Part shown: one piece after another, positions 19,815 through 29,455 of the stretch | Numbering within the stretch: the first letter of the stretch is position 1 | How the letters are laid out: every line of letters begins with the position of its first letter | NCBI GenBank assembly: GCA_965224245.1 | Contig: OZ245046.1 | Span: 672,001 to 736,000 of the forward strand | Origin: Candidatus Eiseniibacteriota bacterium | GTDB lineage: Bacteria; Eisenbacteria; RBG-16-71-46; CAZAMP01 | DNA: 64,000 bases | Direction: 5' to 3' | The notes under the pieces: generated by a model | Databases searched by the model: none | Seen by the model: only the letters and a program-made list of their open reading frames with translations | Told to the model about the DNA's origin: nothing | Made by a program: the position numbers and the translations under genes

Positions 19815-21818
19815 ATGCACTCCCCAGCAACCCGTTCCTCCGGCGATCTCCGGGTCGAGATCCACGCTCGGATGCGCGCCGGTCATCGCGAGGTGTTCGA
19901 CTTCTCGGTGATCGCCGGGATGCTCGGTCTGGGGGCGCTGCTGGCCGCCGCGCTGCCGGCCGCCGCCGACACCGAATCTCAGACTGACTGGTCCGGGGGG
20001 CCGGACGCGGTGGGGTCGGTCGTGGAGTGGTCCGACCGGTTCATGGCGGTGTCGGACGTGAGCTGGCGATCGATCCCGGGGCAGCTCGTGCTGGCGTCCA
20101 CGGCGGCGCTCCCGGCCGGGGGGCTCGTCATCGACACCGAGCCCAACTGCTACTCGGTCGCGGACGGAGACGTCGACGGCGACGGGGACCTCGATCTTCT
20201 CTCCGCCCTGCCGCTCACGTCGTTCCCGGGCACGGGCGTCGTGCGCTGGTACGAGAACGATGGGGCGGCCGGCGGCTGGACGCTTCACGTCGTGGACGAC
20301 GACTTCTACGGCGGCTACGCGGCGGCGGCCGCCGATCTCGACGCGGACGGCGATCTGGACGTCGTGGCCGCCGCGTTCTACGACAGGTCCGACGACGAGC
20401 GAAACGGGCGCTACACCTGGTACGAGAACCTGGATGGCGCGGGCACGTCGTGGCAGAAGCGGCTGATCGGCGACCAGTTCTACGGCACCGAGAACGTCGC
20501 GACCGCCGACATCGACGGTGACGGCGATCTCGACGTGTACGGAAGCTCGTCGCTCACGTACCTCCTGAGCCAGAACGACGACATCCGGTGGTTCGAGAAC
20601 GTGATGGGTGACGGAACGGTGTGGACGCAGCACACCGTGGACGACAGCTTCCCCGACGCGATCGAGGCCGATGCCGAGGACATGGACGGCGATGGTGACC
20701 TGGACATCGTGAGCGTGGCGTACGGCGCCCACGATCTCGCGTGGTGGGAGAACACCGACGGCCTCGGCGTGTCGTGGGCGAAGCACCTCATCTCCGACTT
20801 CACGCTGGTGGACGGCGCGGTGGACGCCGAGGATCTCGACGGCGACGGAGACGCGGACATCATCGCGGTCGGATTCAACGCGTCCGTCGCCGCCTGGTAC
20901 GAGAACCTCGACGGCGTGGGGGGAAGCTGGGCCGGTCGCGCGATCGGTGCGCTCACCGAGGGCTACGACGTCGTCGTCGACGACCTCGACGGCGACGGCC
21001 GGCTGGACGTCCTCGCCTGCAACTCGGATCTCGACTTCTCCGAGGTCGTCTGGTACCGGAACCTCGGCGGCGCGGCCGCGTGGTCCCGACACACCGTGAA
21101 CCTCGGCCACGATCGCGGGACGCGCGTCATCGCGTCCGACCTCGACGGCGACGGGGCCCTGGAGGCGGTGTTCACCGAGGGAGGAGCCAGCGCCGAGGAC
21201 GTCGCCGGACTTCATCGCTGGACGTTCACGTCGTTCCTGGGTGCCGGCGAGCTGGACTCCCAGGTGCTGGATGCGGGCGGGGCCACCACGTGGGAGTCGA
21301 TCGCGTGGGATGCCCACATGCCCGCCGGCACGTCGCTGACCTTCCAGATTCGCACCGGCGACGACCCGGACGCGCTGGGACCGTGGTCGGCCGATATCAC
21401 CGATCCGGGCTCGCTGGCCGGGATCGTCACCCCGGACACGCGCTACGTGCAGGTCCGGACGCGTCTGGCCTCGGCCGACCCCGCCGCGTCGCCGTTCGTC
21501 TTCGACCTCGCGATCAGCACCGACGCGTTCGTCGTCGCGAGCGACCCCGACCTCACGCCACCCGGGACCATGCGGCTCGTCGTGCCCAGTCCGGTCGCCC
21601 GTGCGGCACGTGTGACGCTGATCGCGAGCCCGACGGACCCCGTGCAGGTCGACGTCGTCGACGTGAGCGGTCGGCGCGTCGCGACGCCGATCACCGTCGC
21701 AGACGCGGTTGCCGGTCGGCGTCGGTTCGAGCTCCCGGCGCTCCCGCCCGGTGTCTACTACGTGAGCGCGCGTTCGGGCGCGCAGCGCATCACCCGGCCG
21801 CTCGTGGTCGTGCGGTAG
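19815..21818 (+). CDS. Secreted FG-GAP/VCBS-repeat protein with CTD
   Basis: Seven D.DGDGD.D-type repeats with W(Y/F/W)EN. C-terminal PSP...DVSGRRV...PGVYYV. GAGGAG before ATG 19815. Confidence 0.85.
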   Translation: MHSPATRSSGDLRVEIHARMRAGHREVFDFSVIAGMLGLGALLAAALPAAADTESQTDWSGGPDAVGSVVEWSDRFMAVSDVSWRSIPGQLVLASTAALPAGGLVIDTEPNCYSVADGDVDGDGDLDLLSALPLTSFPGTGVVRWYENDGAAGGWTLHVVDDDFYGGYAAAAADLDADGDLDVVAAAFYDRSDDERNGRYTWYENLDGAGTSWQKRLIGDQFYGTENVATADIDGDGDLDVYGSSSLTYLLSQNDDIRWFENVMGDGTVWTQHTVDDSFPDAIEADAEDMDGDGDLDIVSVAYGAHDLAWWENTDGLGVSWAKHLISDFTLVDGAVDAEDLDGDGDADIIAVGFNASVAAWYENLDGVGGSWAGRAIGALTEGYDVVVDDLDGDGRLDVLACNSDLDFSEVVWYRNLGGAAAWSRHTVNLGHDRGTRVIASDLDGDGALEAVFTEGGASAEDVAGLHRWTFTSFLGAGELDSQVLDAGGATTWESIAWDAHMPAGTSLTFQIRTGDDPDALGPWSADITDPGSLAGIVTPDTRYVQVRTRLASADPAASPFVFDLAISTDAFVVASDPDLTPPGTMRLVVPSPVARAARVTLIASPTDPVQVDVVDVSGRRVATPITVADAVAGRRRFELPALPPGVYYVSARSGAQRITRPLVVVR

Positions 21819-21911
21819 CGCGTGCGGGTCGGTGACGGAACGGCCCCGCCGCTCCGGACCGTCCCGTGACGCCGGAGGCCGGCCGGCGACGTCACGCCCG
21901 CACCGCGACCA

Positions 21912-24158
21912 TCAGCGGCGAACGACGAGCTTCTCGGCGCGCGTGGCCGTTCCCGACTCGAGTCGGTAGAAGTAGACGCCGTCGGTGATCGGACGCCCGT
22001 CGGAGCCCCGACCATCCCAGCGCACGACGTGCGATCCGGCCCGGAGAGACCCGTCCACGAGCACCCGGACCTCGCGGCCCCGCACGTCGAACAGTGCGAG
22101 GCGAATCCGCCCGGGCGCCGGCAACACGAAGTGAATCTGACCGCCGGCCGCGGTCGGATTCGGCGCGACGCGGAGCGAGACCGACGCGAGCTCCGTCCCG
22201 CTCTCCACCCCGATCGTACCGTCGCCGGTGCGGAACTCCCACGACCCGACCGTCGCGAGCAGCTGTCCGTCGACGTCCCGGGCGGCTCGGTCGACGGTGA
22301 CCGCGTACCACGTGAACGGTGCCAGCGGCTCGACGGGCTCCAGCCGCAGTCGCGTGTCGCCATCGAGCCAGCTCACGACGGGGTCGCCGTCGAGCGCCGG
22401 GGCGACGCTGACCGCGGCGAGCGTGGCCGCTCGCTGCATCGGCTGGCTGAACGCGAGCTCGATGACCGCATCGAGCGGCACGTCCTCACCGGCGGGCGAC
22501 CCCTCCACGACCAGCGGATGTCCGGAGATCTCCACCGCATCGCGCCAGATCAGATCGACGAGCGCGTCCCGATCGGCGCCGTACCCACCCCACTGGTAGA
22601 ACGCGTAGGACACCGTGTTTCCCGGGGCCACGATGCCGAAGCGCTTCTCGAAGAAGAGGTTCTCCATGTTCGAGCACGTGCCGCCCGGGGCGATCGGATA
22701 CTCGCCGATCGTGCCCCCGAGCGCCGGCTGGCAGAGGAAGTACGCGGCATCGGGCATCGCGTCCGCGTCCCAGTCATCGGCGATGACGCCGATCGCGTAG
22801 TGAGAGCCACGATCGAACGCCGCCACCCAGTTGCCGTCGACGACGTCGGATGAGAATCCGTGCTCCCCGCCCCATGCCGCGGCATCGTTGGGGAGGAGTC
22901 CTCGGTCGTCGTCCTCCCGATCGCTGCTCCCATCGTCGCCGTACAGCCACTGCTCGCGTCCCCACACGAGATCGAGGTCGTGGGCGACGTCGTCGACGTT
23001 GGTCACGTCGTAACGATGGTGGAGGGACCGGCTCTCGCGGCCGAACGTGACCGTCTTGATCACCTCGAGCACGTTTCGGAGCCCGTAGACCCCGCCGGAC
23101 GGAATGGTGAACGTCATCGATGCGAGGGTCGCGTCGGTCAGCCAGTCGAGCGAGGATCCGGTCCACTTGATGTTGCTGGGATAGGTGCCGGTGCCGTCGT
23201 CGAACGGCGTGTCGTCGACGTGGACGGCCACTCGCTCCATGCAATCGACCGTGTGGGACTCCCCGTCGGCGAGGTCGGTGACCTGGAGGTCGACGACGCA
23301 TCCGGGCCCGTGGGGCGCGGAGAAGTCCTCGCCCAGGATGCCGGTGTGCACGTATCGGTTCCACACGACGTAGCCGTTGCGGAAGTCGCGGCGCGCGATG
23401 TCGGCCGTGTCGTAGCGATCGATCAGCGTGGCACAGAGATCGGACGGGGCATCGAACGTCACCGTGACGCGCCGGACGCTGGCCGATGCGAGGTCGAGCG
23501 TGAACGAGACGACGTTGCCGGGATCGAGCGTCACGTCCGAGACGCCGTCACCGGACACCACGAGGTTCGACACGGCGTTCGCGACCGGGAGGATCGGCAG
23601 CCGAACGCGGCCCGCGCTCTCCACGGAGCTTCGTACGAACGCGAAGTCGCGGATCTCGTGGTGCCAGGTTCCGTCCCCGTTCGGTGTGGCCACGAAGTCG
23701 GCGTACTCGTCCAGCACGTCCGCGAGGTGTGCGGTGGTCAGCCCCGACCAGCGGCGCACGGCGAACGTGGTCAGCGACGGCGACGCGTCCGAGGCGGTCT
23801 CGCCCCGCCGGTGTGCCGTCGCCGTGAGGGACCAGGATCCCGTCGGGCGCGCCTCGCCACGATGACCGTCCACCCGGAAGAGACCGGTGTAGCGGCCGTC
23901 GCCGGCGACGGCGTCGGGGGCGGTGCCGTCGTCGCGGAGGTGGGGGCGAACGGCGGGGTTCAACGGGGAGGAGGCCACGACCGAGTCACAGTCCGCGACC
24001 GGCATGCCGCTCTGGGTCACGTCGGCCGTCACGGCCACCTCGCCGAACCAGGACGTGCGGGATCGATCGAGCGTCGTGACGACCTCGAGGGCGGTGGCCA
24101 GTCCGGGCATCAGGGTGAGCACGATCGAGACGACGGCGGAACGGTGGTGGGCTTCCAC
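21912..24158 (-). CDS. Secreted protein: choice-of-anchor-X-like domain, SbsA/Big_5 Ig domain and FlgD-Ig CTD
   Basis: LRDDG..PD.VAGDGRYTG, P.GEDVP.D.VI...FSQPM and APNP...DVRGREV...WDGRG..G...GVYFY. Confidence 0.8.
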   Translation of the reverse strand: MEAHHRSAVVSIVLTLMPGLATALEVVTTLDRSRTSWFGEVAVTADVTQSGMPVADCDSVVASSPLNPAVRPHLRDDGTAPDAVAGDGRYTGLFRVDGHRGEARPTGSWSLTATAHRRGETASDASPSLTTFAVRRWSGLTTAHLADVLDEYADFVATPNGDGTWHHEIRDFAFVRSSVESAGRVRLPILPVANAVSNLVVSGDGVSDVTLDPGNVVSFTLDLASASVRRVTVTFDAPSDLCATLIDRYDTADIARRDFRNGYVVWNRYVHTGILGEDFSAPHGPGCVVDLQVTDLADGESHTVDCMERVAVHVDDTPFDDGTGTYPSNIKWTGSSLDWLTDATLASMTFTIPSGGVYGLRNVLEVIKTVTFGRESRSLHHRYDVTNVDDVAHDLDLVWGREQWLYGDDGSSDREDDDRGLLPNDAAAWGGEHGFSSDVVDGNWVAAFDRGSHYAIGVIADDWDADAMPDAAYFLCQPALGGTIGEYPIAPGGTCSNMENLFFEKRFGIVAPGNTVSYAFYQWGGYGADRDALVDLIWRDAVEISGHPLVVEGSPAGEDVPLDAVIELAFSQPMQRAATLAAVSVAPALDGDPVVSWLDGDTRLRLEPVEPLAPFTWYAVTVDRAARDVDGQLLATVGSWEFRTGDGTIGVESGTELASVSLRVAPNPTAAGGQIHFVLPAPGRIRLALFDVRGREVRVLVDGSLRAGSHVVRWDGRGSDGRPITDGVYFYRLESGTATRAEKLVVRR

Positions 24159-24478
24159 GAGTTATCCCCCCGGCGCTCGTGTGGCAGCTCCCGTCGAGAC
24201 GACGAGTCTAGCATCCAGGCGACGGTCGATTCGAGCCGAGTCGCAGCCCGGGCCGCCCATCGGGGCTCGATGACTCCGGACCACTGGCTGATCGCCATCG
24301 CCGATCGAACTCGTCCGAAGCGAGTCGACGCTCGACCGACGCTAGAACGCTCGGCGGCAACAGGTAATACGTAGGACCCGAAGCCGCGGCCGGCGGCGGC
24401 GATCGCCGGAGAGCCGTCGGGAGGATCCGTCGAACGCCCTCCGGGATGGGGCACCGCCGGCGGGCCGGGATGGAGCGA

Positions 24479-24505
24479 CGCGGGCGGACGACGTGTCCGC
24501 CCGCG
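24479..24505 (-). terminator. GC-rich hairpin downstream of the 24516-27161 gene (no U-tract)
   Basis: CGCGGGCGGAC-gacgt-GTCCGCCCGCG: 11-bp perfect stem, 10 nt after the stop codon. Confidence 0.45.
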
Positions 24506-24515
24506 CCCGCGGGGT

Positions 24516-27161
24516 CTACTTCGTGAGGATCATCTTCCGGGTCTCGGCCGAGGCTCCGGCACGCAGCGTGTAGAAGTAGACGCCGGACGCGACCGGGTGG
24601 CCGTCGTTTCCGAGACCGTCCCACACGACCGTGTGCGGACCGCCATCGGCCCACGACTGGAAGTCGCGCACCTCACGCCCTGATCCGTCGAAGATCGCCA
24701 GCCGGAACGCGCCGGCCGTCGGAAGCGTGAAGCCGATCGTGGTGGTGGGGTTGAACGGGTTCGGTCGGTTCTGGGCCAGCGAGAACACAGCGGCCCCGGG
24801 GGCCTCGGTCCGGTACGCGATGTCGTCCCACATGTCGCGAATCACGCCCGCGGCGACCAGCGTCGCCTCGTTGAGGGCCTCGGCGATGTCCTTGGCCGTC
24901 GCGTAGTCCGCGTCGGTCGAGCCCGGATCGTTGATCAGATCCGCGACGTCCTGGAGCGCCTGGCTCACCGTGAACGGCGGAACATCCTCCGATGCAGCGT
25001 CGAAGGAGAGGATCTTCCCCGACGCCACGTTCAGGAGAAGCGCCAGGTAGTGCTGCTTGGCACGGTCCAGCATGTCGTGGCTGTTGCGTGCGGTGAGCGT
25101 GGATCGGATCGTCTCCAGATCGAGCGGCACGTCTCCGCCGTCCACCATGAACGTCACGCCCTCGACCGCGATCGCGCTCAGCTCGTTGTCGTAGAAGTGG
25201 CTGTACAGAGCCTCCGGATACGTCGTGCGCATGTCGGTCTCGCTCTCCTGAGCATTGCCGCGGCCGAGCACGTAGACGTTGGCCTGGTGCTTCCAGTAGC
25301 CCATGCTGCGGGCCACCCCGGTCGGGGCCAGGCAGCCGAGGGCGAAGTCGGCGACCTGATCGCTCGTCACCGTGAGCGCGATGTGCGCATCGGTGGGAGA
25401 GATCGCGTGGAAGCCGAGGGGCAGGACACACGTGATCTCGATGTCCGTCTCGTACCGGATGTCGTCGAACGCGTAGTGGCCGTCCGCGTCGGTGGTCGTC
25501 GTCGTGTACTCGCCTCCGGCGTCGAGGCCGATCGTGACGCCGGCGACCGAGGCTCCACAGTCGTTCGACACCGTGCCCGAGACGTCGAACACGCAGCCGA
25601 TCGCGAAGTCGACGACGACGTCGTCGGTGACCTCGTACAGCGAGAGCGTGCCCGTGGTCGGGGTGTCCGCCACGAAGCCGTCGGGAAGGACGACGCTGAC
25701 GTCGTAGTCGACGGAGCCCGGGAGCGCGATGAACGCGTACGCGCCGTTCGCGTCGGTCGACGTCGAGTACATGCCGCCGTCCGAGCCCGCCACCTCGATC
25801 GTGATGCCGCTCTCGGCGCCTCCGCAGTCCGACGTCACCGTCCCCGTGATGTCGATCACGGCCCATCCGCTCTCGAGCGCGTACGGCAGGCCGTCGGCCT
25901 GGCCGCAGCCGATGGAGTACGGAACGTCGACGAAGCCGTCGAGGTCCGCATCGGGACCGGTCCACCCGGTCCAGTAGTTGCCGCCCACCGGGGCGGGCAG
26001 GTGCAGGATCGCCGTGTTCGAGCCGCAGATCACCGTGGGGGCGGCGCCGACGTCGGACACGAAGTCGTTGTTGTAGATCTCGTGCTGGTTGTTCGAGCGA
26101 AGCTGGATCGCGCTCGTGGTGTGTGAGCGGAAGCGGTTCTCGGTGACGATGTACTTCGCGAGATCGATGATGGAGATCGGGAGACCGTTCACGTTCACAC
26201 GGTTGTCGTTGATCGTGACCACGCCTGAGCACAGGCTGTGGACGATGCCGAGTCCGCCGGTGATGTCGTTCCCGAGGATCTGTCCGCTCCCGCAGTTGAT
26301 CGAGAACACTCCGTCGCCGTTCGCAGAGAGCGTGTTGTCCTGGACGAGCACGTTGTTGGAGCCGATGAAGCGGATGGCGTCGAAGAGGCCGCCGGTGACG
26401 GTCGACGACGTCACCTGCATCGCATGTGCCCCGTTGCCGTAGACCCCGTAGCGCGGGCTCGTGACGGCGCTGGTCTCGACCGAGTGCCCGGTGCCGCCGA
26501 ACGCGTAGACGCCGTACTGGCCCCCGGTGACGTCCGCGTTTCGGATGGTCACGTTCTGGCTGCCGACGATGTACACGCCGTAGGTGGCTCCGGTGACGAT
26601 CTGAAAGCCGCCGCCGTCCAGCGTGATGCCGTTGCCCATGATCTGGACGGTCTCGAACACGTCCTCGGTCAGGACGGCCGTCTTCGTCACGGAGTCCCAG
26701 GTCCCCGGCACGTGCGTTCCCTGCGGCGTCCAGCCGGAGTCGCCGAGGTACCACGTGGACTGGTCGGGCTTGATCAGGATCGAGTGGGGTGCGGTCAGGT
26801 CCTGCACCCAGGTGAGGGATCCGGTCTCGTCGACCACGACCTCCAGCACGTTGCGGAGATCGTCTTCCGATCGGTACAGCGACGCGCCCGCGGGCAGGCC
26901 CGTGACCGTGATCTGAGTGGACGCGACCTCCGTGCTCGCGTCCACCGCCAGCTCGAGCGCGTCGGACGCCAGCGCCTGGATGGCGGCCTGGATGGGGTCG
27001 GTCGTGGTGATCGTGAACGATGCATCATCGAGCGAGACGGTGAATTGCGTGTCGTTGCCGTAGGACGAGCCGGGCGCCATCGGCGGCTCGGTCTGGGCGT
27101 TCGCGCTCGCCGCGGTCAGGACGAGACAGAGCACGCACGACAGGTGGGCGACACGAGACAT
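24516..27161 (-). CDS. Secreted NosD-like right-handed beta-helix protein with two carboxypeptidase-regulatory/Cna-B-like domains and FlgD-Ig CTD
   Basis: Signal peptide, ITLDGGGF, PbH1-like repeats, GGNYW...D.D.DGF.D.PY, two TTD.(N/D)G.Y.F units, GYWKHQ, QNRPNPFNP...WDG.GNDG..VASGVYFY. Confidence 0.85.
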   Translation of the reverse strand: MSRVAHLSCVLCLVLTAASANAQTEPPMAPGSSYGNDTQFTVSLDDASFTITTTDPIQAAIQALASDALELAVDASTEVASTQITVTGLPAGASLYRSEDDLRNVLEVVVDETGSLTWVQDLTAPHSILIKPDQSTWYLGDSGWTPQGTHVPGTWDSVTKTAVLTEDVFETVQIMGNGITLDGGGFQIVTGATYGVYIVGSQNVTIRNADVTGGQYGVYAFGGTGHSVETSAVTSPRYGVYGNGAHAMQVTSSTVTGGLFDAIRFIGSNNVLVQDNTLSANGDGVFSINCGSGQILGNDITGGLGIVHSLCSGVVTINDNRVNVNGLPISIIDLAKYIVTENRFRSHTTSAIQLRSNNQHEIYNNDFVSDVGAAPTVICGSNTAILHLPAPVGGNYWTGWTGPDADLDGFVDVPYSIGCGQADGLPYALESGWAVIDITGTVTSDCGGAESGITIEVAGSDGGMYSTSTDANGAYAFIALPGSVDYDVSVVLPDGFVADTPTTGTLSLYEVTDDVVVDFAIGCVFDVSGTVSNDCGASVAGVTIGLDAGGEYTTTTTDADGHYAFDDIRYETDIEITCVLPLGFHAISPTDAHIALTVTSDQVADFALGCLAPTGVARSMGYWKHQANVYVLGRGNAQESETDMRTTYPEALYSHFYDNELSAIAVEGVTFMVDGGDVPLDLETIRSTLTARNSHDMLDRAKQHYLALLLNVASGKILSFDAASEDVPPFTVSQALQDVADLINDPGSTDADYATAKDIAEALNEATLVAAGVIRDMWDDIAYRTEAPGAAVFSLAQNRPNPFNPTTTIGFTLPTAGAFRLAIFDGSGREVRDFQSWADGGPHTVVWDGLGNDGHPVASGVYFYTLRAGASAETRKMILTK

Positions 27162-27190
27162 GGTGATTCCTCCCCCGAATTGGAACGGAC

Positions 27191-27300
27191 GGATGACTCG
27201 TCACCGAATCATCCGGTAGAACGTCGCATGAACCCCGGTCCCGACGACGGCGCGTGCCGCACGCGCGGACGTGGGAGACCGACGTGAGTCAGATGACTCG
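27191..27300. promoter_or_regulatory. Two palindromic sites sharing GATGACTCG, upstream of the beta-helix gene
   Basis: GGATGACTCG-tcac-CGAATCATCC (27191-27214) and GAGTCA-ga-TGACTC (27286-27299). Confidence 0.35.
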
Positions 27301-27423
27301 AACCACTAACATCTTCGTTCGAACTCGGAGGCGGCGAGCGGCCGTCGCGACCGGCCCACCCGAATCCGATTCAACGCGTCGAGAACGACCTCAGCATCGC
27401 ACCGAACGGCACTTCGATGCAAA

Positions 27424-27566
27424 TCGCGCGGACACCGGCATGGCCGGCGGGTGCCGTCCGGAGGGGGGGCAGGTCTCGGCGCGACACGTTGCGCGACCCG
27501 CGGTGGCGTGACCCAGGTGGGAGGGTCCCGGCGCGACACGAAGCGCGGCCCGGAGAGGCGTGCCCC
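27424..27566. repeat. Degenerate tandem repeat with 52-bp period
   Basis: 27472-27514 vs 27524-27566 match at 35 of 43 positions. GACAC cores at 27431, 27483 and 27535. Confidence 0.6.
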
Positions 27567-27674
27567 CGGTACGGGACTCCCGCTATCGCGGTGTCGGGAT
27601 CGATGCGCTACGCTGTCCGGTCGTCGAAAGGGGGCCCGGTCCGGAGCCGAGCCCGTCGTCCGCGTGGGGGAGTC

Positions 27675-28754
27675 GTGCGCCGCATCCTCAACAGTCACAA
27701 CACGATGACGATCGTCTACGGGTTCGTGGTGACCCTGATCCTGGCCATCGGCTGCTGGTGGATGATCTTCGTCGCGCAGGAGGGTCGCCGGCACGTCGCT
27801 TACGAGCGACATCGACTCGAGTCCGAGCTGGCCCAGGCCACGCTCGCGCTGGACGCCCACCGGGGGGGCACGCTCCCGGTCGATGCCCTCTCCCGCGAGT
27901 TCCCCAACGTCGACTGGTCGGATCCCTCGGCGCTCCGCATCACCGGGCACGCGCTCGAGGACGTCCGGCGGGAGGCCGCTCGCCGGACGCGGATGTTCGT
28001 CTCCGAGGGTATCACGCTGGCCCTGCTCCTCCTGGGCGGGACGTCGATCCTCGCCGTGGCGCACCGGGCCGAGCGGCGATACCGTGCCGCACGGGAGGTC
28101 TTCCTGGAGGAGACCACGCACGATCTGCGCACCCCGCTGGCCAGCCTGCAGCTGTCGCTCGACACGCTGGACCGCACCGATCTCGCACCGTCGCAACGGG
28201 CGCAGGTTCGCGAGCGCATGAAGGCCGACACGCACCGGCTGCACCTGATGGTCGAGCAGATGCTCTCGGCCGGAGGAGGTGTGGACGAAGGCGAGCCGCT
28301 GGAGCTGCTCGATCTCGCGGACGCCGCGCGGGGTGTCGTGGGTGAGTTCGCCGGGCTCGTCGCCGAGACGCACACCACGCTCGAGCTCGAGCTGCCGCCG
28401 GGCTGCATCGTGCGCGGCCGGCGCGTCATGCTCACCGCCGCCGTTCGCAACCTCGTCGACAACGCCGTGAAGTACGCCGGCGAGAACGGTATCGTGCGCG
28501 TGCGCCTGGAGGCCGGCCACGACCTGCATCGACTGGCGGTCGAGGACACCGGGCCGGGCATCCCGCCCGATCAGCACGCCGCCGTGTTCCGCCGCTTCGT
28601 GCGCAATCACACGGGCGGCGAAGCGCGGGGGTCGGGTCTGGGGCTGTACCTGGCCCGGCGCAACGTCGAGTCCATGGGCGGACGCATCGATCTGCACTCC
28701 GACGTCGGACGCGGGGCCCGCTTCGAGATCGTTCTCCCGGCGGCGGCGACATGA
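27675..28754 (+). CDS. Membrane sensor histidine kinase
   Basis: Two TM helices, THDLRTPL H-box, NLVDNAVKY, DTGPGI and GSGLGL. Confidence 0.9.
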   Translation: MRRILNSHNTMTIVYGFVVTLILAIGCWWMIFVAQEGRRHVAYERHRLESELAQATLALDAHRGGTLPVDALSREFPNVDWSDPSALRITGHALEDVRREAARRTRMFVSEGITLALLLLGGTSILAVAHRAERRYRAAREVFLEETTHDLRTPLASLQLSLDTLDRTDLAPSQRAQVRERMKADTHRLHLMVEQMLSAGGGVDEGEPLELLDLADAARGVVGEFAGLVAETHTTLELELPPGCIVRGRRVMLTAAVRNLVDNAVKYAGENGIVRVRLEAGHDLHRLAVEDTGPGIPPDQHAAVFRRFVRNHTGGEARGSGLGLYLARRNVESMGGRIDLHSDVGRGARFEIVLPAAAT

Positions 28755-29455
28755 CGCCACGCATCCTGCTCGTCGAGGACGATCAGAGCCTCGCCGCCGG
28801 CATCAAGCTGAACCTCGAGCTCGAGGGATACGAGGTTCGCCACGCGGACTCGGCCGAGGCGGCCATCGACATGCAGCGAGCAGCGCCCGCCGACTGCCTG
28901 ATCCTCGACGTCGCACTGCCGGGAGAGGACGGCTTCGCGCTCTGCGATCGAATTCGCCAGTCCGGTGACTACACCCCGATCCTCTTCCTGACCGCGAAGG
29001 GCCGCTTCGAGGATCGCATGCGCGGGCTGGAGGCCGGCGGCGACGACTACCTGACCAAGCCGTTTCAGCTCGTGGAGCTGTTGACTCGCGTCAAGGTGCT
29101 GCTACGCCGGCAAGGATGGGCGCGCGCCGACGCGGACGCGTCGGGGATCGCGATCGGCGAGAACGTCGTCGATCTCGAGCGACTGGAGATCCGGGGACCG
29201 GACGGAGCCCACCGACTCCGGCCCAAGGAGGCGTTGATCCTGCGGCTCCTCGTCGAGGCCAGGGGTAAGCCGGTCTCCCGGGCGACGATCCTCGATCAGG
29301 TGTGGGGCGAGAAGGCGTACCCGTCGACGCGCACGGTGGACAACTTCATCGTGTCGCTCCGCAAGAGCCTCGAGCCCGATCCGCACGATCCGCGGTACAT
29401 CGTGTCGGTGCACGGCGTGGGCTATCGGCTCGACGTCGACTTCAGCGCCCGGTAG
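28751..29455 (+). CDS. OmpR/PhoB-family response regulator
   Basis: [24 protein letters not shown] and winged-helix [11 protein letters not shown]...VHGVGYR. ATGA overlap with the kinase. Confidence 0.95.
   Translation: MTPRILLVEDDQSLAAGIKLNLELEGYEVRHADSAEAAIDMQRAAPADCLILDVALPGEDGFALCDRIRQSGDYTPILFLTAKGRFEDRMRGLEAGGDDYLTKPFQLVELLTRVKVLLRRQGWARADADASGIAIGENVVDLERLEIRGPDGAHRLRPKEALILRLLVEARGKPVSRATILDQVWGEKAYPSTRTVDNFIVSLRKSLEPDPHDPRYIVSVHGVGYRLDVDFSAR

Noticed and set aside
27424-27566. CRISPR array
   Set aside because: Only 2-3 degenerate units, similarity covers nearly the whole unit, no unique spacers and no cas genes.
29422-29455. 34-bp convergent overlap of the response regulator and pgi
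   Set aside because: Short tail-to-tail overlaps are common in GC-rich genomes; no sign of function.
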